DNA from: an uncultured delta proteobacterium
Lineage (GTDB): Bacteria > Desulfobacterota > Binatia > DP-6
Direction: 5' to 3'
Assembly (NCBI GenBank): GCA_963815115.1
Contig: CAWFFN010000007.1
Span: forward strand, 512,001 to 576,000
Length of the DNA: 64,000 nt
Part shown: piece by piece, positions 1-9,578 of the stretch
How the letters are laid out: each line of letters starts with the position of its first letter
Position numbering within the stretch: position 1 is the stretch's first letter
Notes under the pieces: generated by a model
Told to the model about the DNA's origin: nothing
Databases searched by the model: none
What the model saw: only the letters and a program-made list of their open reading frames with translations
Made by a program: the position numbers and the translations under genes

Positions 1-524
1 CCGTGCGCCCGCTGCCAGAGCAGCGTGTCCCAGGCGATCTCGACCGCGCTCCGCCGGCGCGGCACGGCGGGGGTCGCTGGCCCGAGCGCGGCGAGTACCT
101 CGTCCTGGGCGCGGTAGCCCAGGTTGAACGTCGCCGGCAGTGGCTCACGGCGCACCAGGCGCCACCCCGCGGGACACGTCTCTTCGGTCGCGAAGGGCTG
201 CTCGTCGACGGTCCACTCGTCGCGCAGCAGGTAGCCGACGCCGCGGTGCACCCTGGGATCGAGCCCGCCGGCGAGGTGCTCGGCGAGGCGCAGCATGGTG
301 AGCGGTGCCTGGGCATCCCGCGGCACGCGCAGGACGAGGAACTCGCCGTTGGCGCGGGCGCTGGCGAGATCGGCGGCCGAGAAGGGAATCTGCGCGACGG
401 CCTGGCGCTCCTCCGCGCCGAGGACCGCGAGCGGGTCGAAGCCGAGCGCGGCCGTGATCTCCGCGGGTCCGAGCACGGCACCGTCGAGGACGGCGCGCGC
501 TTCGTCGAGGCTCACGACGGCCAT
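1..524 (-). CDS. Hypothetical protein, 3' end outside the window
   Basis: Manual translation from ATG at 524: MAVVSLDEARAVLDGAVLGPAEI...WRLVRREPLPATFNLGYRAQDEVL...RRRSAVEIAWDTLLWQRAH, open to the window edge with GC-rich third positions. Missing from the ORF track because it is truncated. Confidence 0.7.
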   Translation of the reverse strand, partial: MAVVSLDEARAVLDGAVLGPAEITAALGFDPLAVLGAEERQAVAQIPFSAADLASARANGEFLVLRVPRDAQAPLTMLRLAEHLAGGLDPRVHRGVGYLLRDEWTVDEQPFATEETCPAGWRLVRREPLPATFNLGYRAQDEVLAALGPATPAVPRRRSAVEIAWDTLLWQRAH

Positions 525-684
525 CGTGCCGTCAGACCGCGATCTGGATCGTGAATCATTGCGGGGGCTTCTACCCCGAGATCCGATGCTGTTGCCAATC
601 GCGGGACGCGTCGTGCGGCAGCAACGGCGACGTCGGCTCGCAGCGCGGCGCGGACGCGCTCGTGCGGAAGGTGGCCGCGGTCCT

Positions 685-1674
685 CTACCCGCCGATCTGG
701 AACATCTGCCGCTCTTCCGTGAAGCGCCCGACGGCCAGCCGGTGCCCCACCGGCTTGTGCGCGACGGCCTTCAGCAGGATCTCGGCCACCGCCGCGAGAT
801 CGCCGCCGCCGCGCAGCGTCGCGCGGACGTCCATCTCGTCGTCGTTCAGCAGGCAGAGGTGGAAGCGGCCGTCGGCGGTGAGCCGCATGCGGTTGCAGGT
901 GCCGCAGTACGGCTCCGACACCGGGCTGATGAACCCGAGCACGCCGGCCGCCCGGCCGAGCCGGTAGTTGCGTGCCTCGTCGGACGGATCGGTGGGGGGC
1001 AGGGGTTCGAGCGGCCCGAGCGCCGCCGCGATCAGGGCGCGACTCTGCGCGCTCGTCACGAGCCCGCCGCGGGCCACCACCTGCGTGTCGCCGGTGCCGA
1101 ACGGCATGGTCTCGATGAAGCGCACGTGCCAGGAACGGTCGAGGGTGAGCGCGGCGAGCGGCACGACGTCGTCCTCGTTGAAGCCGCGCACGACGACCGC
1201 GTTGAGCTTGATGGGCGTGAGCCCGGCCGCCTCCGCCGCCTCGATGCCGGCCCAGATGTCGGCGAGCGAGCCCCAGCGCATGACCCGCGCCACACGTTCG
1301 GCGTCGAGGCTGTCGAGGTGGACGTTGACCCGGCGGAGACCGGCGGCGCGCAGGTCCTCGGCGAGGCGCGGCAGCAGGATGGCGTTGGTCGTCATCGACA
1401 GGTCGCCGACCCCGGGCACGCGCGCCAGCCGTGCGACGATCTCGACCAGATCGGCGCGCAGCGTCGGCTCGCCACCCGTCAGGCGGAACTTGCGGAAGCC
1501 CACGGCCACGGCGGCGCGCGCCACCTGCTCGATCTCCGCCGCGGTGAGCAGGTCGGGCGCGGGCAGGAAGCGCAACCCGGTCTCCGGCATGCAGTACACG
1601 CAGCGCAGGTTGCAGTGGTCCGTCAGCGAGAGTCGCAGGTAGTCGATCTCGCGGCCGTAGCCGTCACGCGGCAT
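685..1674 (-). CDS. moaA: GTP 3',8-cyclase MoaA (molybdenum cofactor biosynthesis)
   Basis: D-x-YGR-x-IDYLRLSLTDHCNLRCVYC radical SAM motif, RLTGGEP, CGTCNRMRLTADG...CL cluster, C-terminal MFQIGG. Confidence 0.96.
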   Translation of the reverse strand: MPRDGYGREIDYLRLSLTDHCNLRCVYCMPETGLRFLPAPDLLTAAEIEQVARAAVAVGFRKFRLTGGEPTLRADLVEIVARLARVPGVGDLSMTTNAILLPRLAEDLRAAGLRRVNVHLDSLDAERVARVMRWGSLADIWAGIEAAEAAGLTPIKLNAVVVRGFNEDDVVPLAALTLDRSWHVRFIETMPFGTGDTQVVARGGLVTSAQSRALIAAALGPLEPLPPTDPSDEARNYRLGRAAGVLGFISPVSEPYCGTCNRMRLTADGRFHLCLLNDDEMDVRATLRGGGDLAAVAEILLKAVAHKPVGHRLAVGRFTEERQMFQIGG

Positions 1675-1733
1675 GCCCCGCCATCTTCGGCGGCGGGGGA
1701 AGCGAAGTCAACGAACGGACCCGGCCCGGCGGG

Positions 1734-2738
1734 TCAGGCGCGGCGCTCGCCGAGCGTGTGGGCGAAGGAGTGCAGCGCCGATCGAGCGGGCGAGGCGGGG
1801 AGGGCCGCGATCGATGCCATGGCCTTCTCCATCTCCGCGCGGGATCGGGCCGCGACCACGGGAAGCACACCGCTGCGCCGGATGCGCGCGAGTCCCCGCT
1901 CGACCTCGGCGGGCGGCAGGCCGGGCGTCGCGAACAGGCGCTGCAGCTCCGGATCGCACCCGAGGGCGAGGATGATCGGGAGCGACGGGTTGCCGTCGCG
2001 CAGGTCGACGCCGCGCGGCTTGCCGGTGACCGCGGGCTGGCCCTCGACGTCGAGCAGATCGTCGTGCATCTGGAACGCCAGCCCGACGTGGCGGCCGCAC
2101 GCCGCCATGGCCTCGACCACGGCCGGCTCGGCGCCCGCGAGATGGGCCGCGGTCCGGGCGCCGACCGCGAAGAGCGACGCGGTCTTGCGCTGGATGATCT
2201 CGTCGTAGTCTTCGACGCTCACGGTGGGATCGCGCCGCCGCCGCCCCTGCAGGACCTCGCCCTCGGTGAGACCGACGCAGGCTTCGGCCGCCCAGCGCAC
2301 CACCTCCGCCTCGAAGCGCGCGCACAAGGCGAAGGCACGGGAGAAGAGGAAGTCGCCGGCGACCAGCGTGTCCGCGAGCCCGAAGCGCGCGAGCGCCGAC
2401 GGGCGCCCGCGGCGCGTCTCGCCGCCGTCGATGATGTCGTCGTGCAGCAGGGTGGCCGAGTGGATGAGCTCGAGCGCGACCGCCGCCTCGATCACGTCGT
2501 CGCGCCGGGCCCGGCCGGGTGCCGCCGTGGCGTGGAACACCAGCAGGACGACCAGCGGGCGCACGCGCTTGCCGCCCGCCCCGACCAGGTGGTGTGCGAT
2601 CTCCTCCAGCCGCGTCTCGCGCGAGCCGATCTCGGCCAGGAGGCGTCCCTCGACGCGCGCGAGGTCGTCGTGCACCGCGGGCGGGACGGCTGCCGGCGGT
2701 GCGGCCGCGGCACGCTGCGCGACGGGCTCTGCGGACAC
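1734..2738 (-). CDS. Polyprenyl diphosphate synthase (IspB-like)
   Basis: GGKRVRP, ELIHSATLLHDDIID (first DDxxD), RRG, KTASLF, GLAFQMHDDLLD (second DDxxD). Start trimmed to GTG 2738. Confidence 0.93.
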   Translation of the reverse strand: MSAEPVAQRAAAAPPAAVPPAVHDDLARVEGRLLAEIGSRETRLEEIAHHLVGAGGKRVRPLVVLLVFHATAAPGRARRDDVIEAAVALELIHSATLLHDDIIDGGETRRGRPSALARFGLADTLVAGDFLFSRAFALCARFEAEVVRWAAEACVGLTEGEVLQGRRRRDPTVSVEDYDEIIQRKTASLFAVGARTAAHLAGAEPAVVEAMAACGRHVGLAFQMHDDLLDVEGQPAVTGKPRGVDLRDGNPSLPIILALGCDPELQRLFATPGLPPAEVERGLARIRRSGVLPVVAARSRAEMEKAMASIAALPASPARSALHSFAHTLGERRA

Positions 2739-2787
2739 GGCCGGACTCAAAGGGAAGCCGGCGTCAATGTCAAGGACGCCGGTCGCG

Positions 2788-2816
2788 TTGCCTTTCGCGG
2801 ACCCGCCGAGTACTCT
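2788..2816 (+). promoter_or_regulatory. Sigma70-like promoter of mrp, probably leaderless
   Basis: TTGCCT-17 nt-TACTCT, ending 7 nt before ATG 2824; no Shine-Dalgarno. Confidence 0.55.
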
Positions 2817-2823
2817 CGCGCCG

Positions 2824-3906
2824 ATGGCGGACCTCACGCCGGACGGCGTGCGCGCCGCGCTTCGTGCCGTGATCTTTCCCAACTTCCGGCGCGACATCGT
2901 GACGCTCGGCATGGTGAGCGACGTGCGCATCGAGGGCGGCACGGTCACCGTCGAGCTGCGGCCGGGGACCGACGACGCCGCGGTGCTCGAGCAGCTGGCG
3001 GCACGCATCCAGGAGGTGGCCGGACGCCTGCCGGGTGTGACCGGCGTGCGCGTGCTGGCGGCCGCAGCCGCCCAGGGACGGGGCAAGGACCCCTTCGTCG
3101 GACGGGCCGCGCTCCCGGGCGTGCAGCACGTCGTCGCAGTGGCGAGCGCGAAGGGCGGGGTGGGAAAGAGCACGGTCGCGGTCAACCTGGCCGTCGCGCT
3201 CGCCGAGATGGCGCCCGGCGGGGTCGGCCTTGCCGACATGGACGTCTACGGCCCGAGCCTTCCCCTCATGCTCGGCGTGAACGAGCGCCCGCGGGTATCC
3301 GCGGCCCGGCGCATCGAGCCGATCGAGCGCCACGGCGTGAAGCTCATGTCGATGGGCTTCTTCCTCGACGAGCAGTCGCCGGTCATCTGGCGCGGCCCCA
3401 TCGTGATGGGCATCGTGCGACAGTTCCTGCACGACGTCGACTGGGCTCCGCTCGAGTTCCTGGTCATCGACCTGCCGCCGGGCACCGGCGATGCGCCGCT
3501 CACGCTGGCGCAGCAGGTGCCGGTGGCGGGCGGCGTCGTGGTGACCACCCCGCAGGACGTGGCCCTCCTCGACGTCGGCCGCGGCATCGCCATGTTCGGA
3601 CAGGTGAGCATGCCGGTGCTCGGGATCGTGGAGAACATGGCCGGCTACGTCTGTCCGCGGTGCGGCACCGAGGACGCCGTCTTCGGTGCCGGCGGCGGCG
3701 AGCGCCTCGCCGAGCGAGCGGGCGTTCCGCTGCTGGCGCGCATCCCCCTCGCCCCCGCGATCCGCGACGCCGGCGACCGGGGGCGCCCGATCGTCGTCGC
3801 CGAGCCCGCGCACCCCGCAAGCGCCGCCTTCCGCGCCCTCGCCGCGCGCGTCGCCGAGGCGGTCCGGCGTGCCCCGCGCGTCGGCGTGGCCGGCGTGACC
3901 GCCTGA
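2824..3906 (+). CDS. mrp: Mrp/ApbC/NBP35 Fe-S cluster carrier ATPase
   Basis: N-terminal DUF59-like domain, AVASAKGGVGKST Walker A, DMDVYGPS, VIWRGP, IDLPPGTGD, TTPQ, ENM...CPRC. Confidence 0.95.
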   Translation: MADLTPDGVRAALRAVIFPNFRRDIVTLGMVSDVRIEGGTVTVELRPGTDDAAVLEQLAARIQEVAGRLPGVTGVRVLAAAAAQGRGKDPFVGRAALPGVQHVVAVASAKGGVGKSTVAVNLAVALAEMAPGGVGLADMDVYGPSLPLMLGVNERPRVSAARRIEPIERHGVKLMSMGFFLDEQSPVIWRGPIVMGIVRQFLHDVDWAPLEFLVIDLPPGTGDAPLTLAQQVPVAGGVVVTTPQDVALLDVGRGIAMFGQVSMPVLGIVENMAGYVCPRCGTEDAVFGAGGGERLAERAGVPLLARIPLAPAIRDAGDRGRPIVVAEPAHPASAAFRALAARVAEAVRRAPRVGVAGVTA

Positions 3907-3922
3907 TCGGCGAGATTGCAGG

Positions 3923-3951
3923 TTGTCACGCGCCCGAGCGCATTGTAGGGT
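3923..3951 (+). promoter_or_regulatory. Sigma70-like promoter of the ferredoxin gene
   Basis: TTGTCA-17 nt-TAGGGT, 9 nt before ATG 3961. Confidence 0.5.
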
Positions 3952-3960
3952 CCGCCGTCG

Positions 3961-4296
3961 ATGTCGACGATGATCACGGAGGAGTGCATCAACTGCGGCG
4001 CCTGCGAGCCCGAGTGCCCGAACACAGCCATCTACGAAGGCGGGAAGCCGTGGGAGAACCGAGGCGAGACGCACCCCGCCCTGATGCAGGACATCTACTT
4101 CATCGTGCCCGAGAAGTGCACCGAGTGTGTCGGCTTCTTCGATCAGGAGCAGTGCGCCGCGGTGTGCCCTGTCGACTGCTGCGTCCCCAATCCGGACGAC
4201 CCGGAGACCGAGGAGCAGCTCATCGTCAAGGCCCGGGTGATCCACCCCGAGCAGACCTTCGAGGCCGACTTCCCCTCCCGCTTCCGCAAGAAGTGA
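3961..4296 (+). CDS. YfhL-family 2x[4Fe-4S] ferredoxin
   Basis: [16 protein letters not shown] and KCTECVGF...[11 protein letters not shown] motifs. Confidence 0.93.
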   Translation: MSTMITEECINCGACEPECPNTAIYEGGKPWENRGETHPALMQDIYFIVPEKCTECVGFFDQEQCAAVCPVDCCVPNPDDPETEEQLIVKARVIHPEQTFEADFPSRFRKK

Positions 4297-4391
4297 GGGC
4301 TGGCGCGCTCCCGTTGCCTGCTCGTTTCCCGTTGGTTATATGAGCGGCGCTCCGCGCCGGGACGCGCTCTCCACCCGCGCGAGGGAGGATC

Positions 4392-5483
4392 ATGGGGAAG
4401 ATTCCCGTCGGCATCGTGGGAGTGGGGAACTGCGCGAGCAGCCTGGTGCAGGGGATCGAGTGCTACCGGGCGAATGATCGCGAGCCGATCGGGCTCATGC
4501 ATGTGCTGCTGGGCGGCTATCACCCGGGCGACCTCGAGGTGGTCTGCGCCTTCGACGTCGACCGGCGGAAGGTCGGGGCCACGCTCGACGTCGCCGCCCT
4601 GGCCCTCCCGAACAACACGCGGCCACTTCACCCGAAGCTGCCGACCTCGTCGGTGATGGTGGAGATGGGGCCGGTGCTCGACGGCGTCGCGGAGCACATG
4701 AAGACGTACCCCGAGGATCGGACGTTCCAGGTCGCCGATCGGCGTCCGGTCGACGTCGCCCAGGCGCTCCGCCGGAGCGGTGCCGAGGTGCTGGTCAACT
4801 ACCTGCCGGTGGGCAGCCAGCGGGCGACCGAGCACTATGCCCGCGCCTGCCTCGAGGCGGGCGTTGCCTTCGTCAACTGCATTCCCGTCTTCATCGCGTC
4901 CGACCCGCAGTGGGCCGGCGAGTTCGAGCGCCGGCGCATTCCCATCGTCGGGGACGACGTGAAGTCGCAGCTCGGTGCCACCATCCTCCACCGCGCGCTG
5001 GTCAGTCTGTTCGCGGATCGGGGGCTCGTCCTGGACCGCACCTATCAGCTGAACGTGGGCGGCAACACCGACTTTCTCAACATGCTGGACCACTCGCGCA
5101 CGGCCTCGAAGCGCGTGTCGAAGACCGACGCCGTGCAGAGCGTGCTGCCGCGGCCGCTGCCGGCCGAGGACATCCACATCGGTCCCAGCGACTACGTGCC
5201 CTGGCAGCGCGACAACAAGATCTGCTTTCTCCGGATGGAGGGACGCGGCTTCGGCAACGCGCCGGTCGAGCTGGAGCTGCGCCTGTCGGTACAGGACAGC
5301 CCGAACTCCGCCGGGTGCGTCATCGACGCCATCCGCTGCTGCCGCGTCGCCCGTGATCGCGGTGTCGGCGGCCCGCTGCTGAGCGTCTCGTCCTACCTGA
5401 TGAAGCATCCGCCCCAGCAGGTCCCGGACAGCCAGGCGCGCGACGACGTCGAGCGCTTCCTGCGCGGCGAGCTGGAGCGGTAG
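4392..5483 (+). CDS. ino1: myo-Inositol-3-phosphate (1-phosphate) synthase
   Basis: GVGNCASSLVQG, NYLPVGS, GDDVKSQLGAT, YQLNVGGNTDFLNM, IGPSDYVPW, DSPNSAG, YLMKHPP; GGAGG RBS upstream. Confidence 0.96.
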   Translation: MGKIPVGIVGVGNCASSLVQGIECYRANDREPIGLMHVLLGGYHPGDLEVVCAFDVDRRKVGATLDVAALALPNNTRPLHPKLPTSSVMVEMGPVLDGVAEHMKTYPEDRTFQVADRRPVDVAQALRRSGAEVLVNYLPVGSQRATEHYARACLEAGVAFVNCIPVFIASDPQWAGEFERRRIPIVGDDVKSQLGATILHRALVSLFADRGLVLDRTYQLNVGGNTDFLNMLDHSRTASKRVSKTDAVQSVLPRPLPAEDIHIGPSDYVPWQRDNKICFLRMEGRGFGNAPVELELRLSVQDSPNSAGCVIDAIRCCRVARDRGVGGPLLSVSSYLMKHPPQQVPDSQARDDVERFLRGELER

Positions 5484-5493
5484 GCGCGCGCCG

Positions 5494-6258
5494 ATGCCGG
5501 TCGAGTGCCGCCCCGGCACGGCGGCCGTGGCGGCGCTCGTGATCGGCGCCACGATCGCGCTCGCGCTCCGCGGCGTCGCCCGCACCGAGGTGAAGGAGCG
5601 CGAGCAGCGAGGCTCCGAGGATGCCCTGATCGGCCCTCGGGTGCGGGCCTGGTACCGGGGACTTCACGAGCCGATGGAGGAGCAGCTCGCGGGCTGGGGC
5701 GTGCGGCCCGATCACCTCACCTATGCCCAGCTCGCCGTCAGCATCCTCGCCGGGCTCGCCTTCGCGCGCGGGTGCATCTTTCTGGCGGGCTGGCTCACGA
5801 TCTGCGCCGGGACGCTCGACATTCTCGACGGCGGTCTCGCCCGCCGCACCGGCCTGGCCGGTCCGCGCGGCGCCTTCGTCGATTCGGTGGTCGATCGATG
5901 GTCCGAGGGTGCCACGTTCGTGGGGCTCGGTGTCTTCTTCCGCGGTGGCGCCATGCTCCTGGTGGTGGTGCTGGCCGCGTTCTCGTCTCACATGGTGAGC
6001 TACGTGCGCGCGCGCGCCGAGGGGCTCGGCGTGGAGCTCCGGACGGGAAGCGCACAGCGTCCGGAGCGCTTCGTCATTCTGGGCTTCGGCGCCTGGATCT
6101 CGGGCCTGATCGCGCACCTCGCGTGCCCGCTGCTCGGTCGCCAGACCCACGCCGTCCTGGCCGTGGCCGTCATCGTGCTGGCGGTGGCGTCCACCTGGAC
6201 CGCGGTGGAGCGGGCGCGCGCCGCGGCCGCGGCGCTGCGCGGCAAGGAAGCGGGATGA
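5494..6258 (+). CDS. CDP-alcohol phosphatidyltransferase (phosphatidylinositol-phosphate synthase-like)
   Basis: Signature DILDGGLARRTG...RGAFVDSVVDR plus SYVRARAEGLG and RPER; directly downstream of ino1. Confidence 0.9.
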   Translation: MPVECRPGTAAVAALVIGATIALALRGVARTEVKEREQRGSEDALIGPRVRAWYRGLHEPMEEQLAGWGVRPDHLTYAQLAVSILAGLAFARGCIFLAGWLTICAGTLDILDGGLARRTGLAGPRGAFVDSVVDRWSEGATFVGLGVFFRGGAMLLVVVLAAFSSHMVSYVRARAEGLGVELRTGSAQRPERFVILGFGAWISGLIAHLACPLLGRQTHAVLAVAVIVLAVASTWTAVERARAAAAALRGKEAG

Positions 6259-6434
6259 GCGGGCCGGGGTTGCGTCCGGTGGCGTTCCTGACGGCCATGC
6301 TCGGCTTCGGGCTCCGGCTGGACACGTCCTGGCAGGGCGGTGCCGCCGCGCTCCTGGCGCTCGCGGCGGTCCTCGGCGCGCTGGCGCTGCGACCGCCGCC
6401 CCGCGCTTTCGTCGCGCCCGACGAACGGCGATAA
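6255..6434 (+). CDS. Possible small membrane protein (59 aa)
   Basis: ATGA overlap with the upstream stop; two hydrophobic stretches (VAFLTAMLGFGL; AAALLALAAVLGALAL). Confidence 0.4.
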   Translation: MSGPGLRPVAFLTAMLGFGLRLDTSWQGGAAALLALAAVLGALALRPPPRAFVAPDERR

Positions 6435-6459
6435 TGCCGGGCGCCGCGAGGAGGATGTC

Positions 6460-7473
6460 CTGCGAAACGCGCTCCGTCTGACCGTCGGTCTCGTCGTCTC
6501 GCTCGCGTGCCTGTGGTTCGCGACCCGCGGGAGCAACTGGGACCAGGTCTGGCGCGTGCTGTCGGCGGCGAAGCTGCGCTGGGTCCTCGCCGCGCTCTGC
6601 GCGTCGGCCGGCGCCATCTACTTCCGGGCCCAGCGCTGGCGGATCCTGCTCCGGCCGGTCGCCGCGGTGCCGCTCGGGCCGGCGTTCTCGACCACCGCGA
6701 TCGGCTTCGCCGCCACCTCCGTCCTGCCCCTGCGTCTCGGGGAGCTCATCCGTCCGGCGCTCCTCGCCCGGCGGGTCGGATTCGGGGTGAGCGCGGCGCT
6801 CTCGAGCGTCGTGCTCGAGCGGCTCTTCGACATGCTGTTCGTCATCCTCTTCTTCCTGGCGCTCTCGCTGGTCTACACGCTGCCCCCGGACCTGCGGCGC
6901 ACGGCGCTGCTCCTCGGCGGTGGCGCGGTGGTCGGCTTCGCGGTCCTCCTGCTGGTGCGGCTCAACCGGGCCAGAGCCGAGCGCCTGCTCGAGGGCGTGC
7001 TGGGATGGAGTCCCGCGGCCGTCGGACGCGCCCTCCGGCCGCTCGCCACCGGGTTCCTGGATGCGCTCGGGGCCCTCGAGTCGCCCGCCATCGTGGCCAG
7101 CGTCGTGCTGTACTCGGCGCTGCTCTGGAGCGCGAACGCCCTGCCATACCTCTTCGCGCTGCTCGCACTCGACATCGACGCGCCGCTGGTGCCCGCCGCG
7201 CTGGCGTCCATCGTCATCGTGGCGGCCTTCGTCTTCATCCCGCAGGGACCGGGCTTCGTCGGGACGTGGCAGGCCGGCTGCGTCCTGGCGCTCGATCTCT
7301 TCGGCGTCCCGAAGGACCAGGCGGTCGGCTTCTCCCTGCTCACCTGGGTCGTGCAGATGCTGCTCAATGTCGGGCTGGGTGGGTTCTTCGTCGCGCGCGA
7401 GGATCTGTCGCTGCGCCAGCTCGTGCGCGCGTCCGAGACCGCGGCCGCGACGGCCACGGAGGGCCCGCGGTGA
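6460..7473 (+). CDS. Lysylphosphatidylglycerol synthase TM / UPF0104 flippase-like membrane protein
   Basis: RAQRWRILL, LPLRLGELIR, SVVLERLFD, PQGPGFVGTWQ motifs and many TM segments. Start uncertain (GAGGAGG followed by CTG at 6460). Confidence 0.85.
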   Translation: MRNALRLTVGLVVSLACLWFATRGSNWDQVWRVLSAAKLRWVLAALCASAGAIYFRAQRWRILLRPVAAVPLGPAFSTTAIGFAATSVLPLRLGELIRPALLARRVGFGVSAALSSVVLERLFDMLFVILFFLALSLVYTLPPDLRRTALLLGGGAVVGFAVLLLVRLNRARAERLLEGVLGWSPAAVGRALRPLATGFLDALGALESPAIVASVVLYSALLWSANALPYLFALLALDIDAPLVPAALASIVIVAAFVFIPQGPGFVGTWQAGCVLALDLFGVPKDQAVGFSLLTWVVQMLLNVGLGGFFVAREDLSLRQLVRASETAAATATEGPR

Positions 7474-8690
7474 GCCTCGACGGACGGCGCGTCCTCCTGG
7501 GGATGTCCGGCGGCATCGCCTGCTACAAGGCGTGCGACGCGGTCCGGCTGCTGGCGCAGGCCGGCGCCCGGGTCCAGGTGGTGATGACCGCCGGCGCCCG
7601 GCAGTTCGTCACGCCGCTCACCCTGCAGACGCTCTCGGGCCGGCCCGTCGCCACCGACACCTTCAGCCTGACCCAGGAGTCGGAGATCGGCCACATCCGC
7701 CTGGCCGACGAGGCCGAGATCGTGGTCCTCGCGCCGGCGACCGCCAACCTGCTCGCCAAGCTCGCTCACGGCCTGGCGGACGATCTGCTCACCACCGTGC
7801 TGCTGGCGACGCGCGCCCCGGTGCTGGCGGCGCCCGCGATGAACGTCCACATGTGGGAGCACGTCGCCACCCAGGCGAACCTCCGATTGCTGGCGGAGCG
7901 TGGCGTCGCCCTGGTGGGACCGGGGAAGGGCGCGCTCGCGTGTGGCTACGAGGGCCCGGGCCGGCTTGCCGAGCCGGCGGAGATCGTCGAGGCCGTGGAA
8001 GCCGTGCTGGCCCCCAAGAACCTCGCCGGCGAGCGCGTGCTGATCTCGGCCGGGCCCACGCGGGAGGCTCTCGATCCGGTCCGCTACCTCTCCAACCACT
8101 CGAGCGGGAAGATGGGCTACGCGATCGCCCGCGTGGCGCGCCGCCGGGGTGCCGACGTCGTCCTGGTGAGCGGGCCGACCGACCTGCCGGCACCCCCGGG
8201 AGTGCGCACGCTGATCGTCTCGACGGCGGCGGACATGGCGCGCACGCTCGAGCACGAGTTCCGCGCGGCCTCGATCCTGGTGATGGCCGCGGCGGTCGCG
8301 GACTACCGCATGCGCCGGCCGGCGACCCGCAAGCTCAAGAAGGGGTCCCCCTCCTTGTCGTTGATGCTCGAGCGCACGCCCGACATCCTCGCGAGCCTGG
8401 CGGCGAGGAAGGGACGGCGGCTCGTGGTGGGCTTCGCGGCGGAGACGCACGCCGTCCTCGCGGAAGCACGGCGCAAGCTCCGCGAGAAGCGTCTCGACCT
8501 GATCGTCGCCAACGACGTGACCGCGCCGGGCGCGGGGTTCGGCTCGGACACCAACCTGGTCCAGCTGATCGACGCCGGCGGGAGTACGGAGGCGCTTCCG
8601 ATGCTGCCCAAGGAGGAGGTCGCCGGGCGCATCCTCGACTGGGTCATCGCGCACCGGGAGCGCCGGCCCGCGCTCCGTCGCGTGCGATGA
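7470..8690 (+). CDS. coaBC: Bifunctional phosphopantothenoylcysteine decarboxylase/synthase
   Basis: GMSGGIACYK, APATAN, APAMNVHM, LACGYEGPGR, SAGPTREALDPVRYLSNHSSGKMG, VGFAAET; GTGA overlap with upstream gene. Confidence 0.97.
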   Translation: MSLDGRRVLLGMSGGIACYKACDAVRLLAQAGARVQVVMTAGARQFVTPLTLQTLSGRPVATDTFSLTQESEIGHIRLADEAEIVVLAPATANLLAKLAHGLADDLLTTVLLATRAPVLAAPAMNVHMWEHVATQANLRLLAERGVALVGPGKGALACGYEGPGRLAEPAEIVEAVEAVLAPKNLAGERVLISAGPTREALDPVRYLSNHSSGKMGYAIARVARRRGADVVLVSGPTDLPAPPGVRTLIVSTAADMARTLEHEFRAASILVMAAAVADYRMRRPATRKLKKGSPSLSLMLERTPDILASLAARKGRRLVVGFAAETHAVLAEARRKLREKRLDLIVANDVTAPGAGFGSDTNLVQLIDAGGSTEALPMLPKEEVAGRILDWVIAHRERRPALRRVR

Positions 8691-8700
8691 CTGCCGGCGC

Positions 8701-9561
8701 TCAGGCCGCGAAGGGCCCGAGCGCGTTCAGCTCCGCCTCCACGGCGGCCGGGATCTTGCCACGGTGCTTGAGGGTCCGCAGCTTGCGGCGCAGCGCGGCC
8801 GCGCGTGCCAGCGCGTCGCGGCCCGTGGGATCGGCTACCTGACACGCGCTGCGCCGGCCGTGAACCAGGAGGTCCTGGATGGCCGAGACGCACAGCCCGT
8901 TGAAGCGTTCGACCTCGCGCGCGGGCAGGGGATAGCGCGAGCGCGAGCCCAGACCGCGTACCATGAGCTGCCACTGCTCGGCCTGCTGCAGGGCCATCAC
9001 CCGGTCGAAGATCCGCTTGTTGGTGCGGAAGGAGAACAGCGTCCGCTCGACGACGCGCTCGAGCAGGCGATCGCAGTCGGCGTAGCGATGGTCGAGGACC
9101 GAGCGGATGAGGCGCCAGCGGTCGCGGCGCTGGGCGGCATCGAAGCGCGCCTCCCAGTAGATGTGGCGGAGGGTGCGGGCCTCGAAGCTGACCACGAGCT
9201 GCACGGGGACGAAGTGATTGTGCGAGTGCACGTCCGCCGCCAGGTGCGACAGGTAACCCCAGGCGAACGCCTCCTCGCGCTCGGTGCGGGCCGATTCCAC
9301 GATCTGCCATCCCACCGGCCAGCAGTGGCAATGGGTATAGAGGCTGCGGGTGTACTTCTTGGCGTGCATGATGTCGGCGGCGATGCAGCCGTAGAGGTAC
9401 GGCAGCCGGGAGCGTCCGAGGATTTCTTGAAGGGCCGGGGCGAGGCTGCTAAGGTTCTCGAGAATTTGCGAGCCGTGAACCAGGTGGGTCACCGGTCCCC
9501 AGGCATGCGCCTCGCCCGGCCAGCACAGCAGGAGTAGCACGGCCAGGCCGAGTAGGGACAT
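8701..9561 (-). CDS. Zinc-dependent phospholipase C family protein
   Basis: Signal peptide ending AHA-WGPVTH (mature N-terminal Trp), G-x-IAAD, HCH, GYLSHLAADVHSHN, HIYWE metal ligands. Confidence 0.82.
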   Translation of the reverse strand: MSLLGLAVLLLLCWPGEAHAWGPVTHLVHGSQILENLSSLAPALQEILGRSRLPYLYGCIAADIMHAKKYTRSLYTHCHCWPVGWQIVESARTEREEAFAWGYLSHLAADVHSHNHFVPVQLVVSFEARTLRHIYWEARFDAAQRRDRWRLIRSVLDHRYADCDRLLERVVERTLFSFRTNKRIFDRVMALQQAEQWQLMVRGLGSRSRYPLPAREVERFNGLCVSAIQDLLVHGRRSACQVADPTGRDALARAAALRRKLRTLKHRGKIPAAVEAELNALGPFAA

Positions 9562-9578
9562 TGCCCATCGAGCGTACA

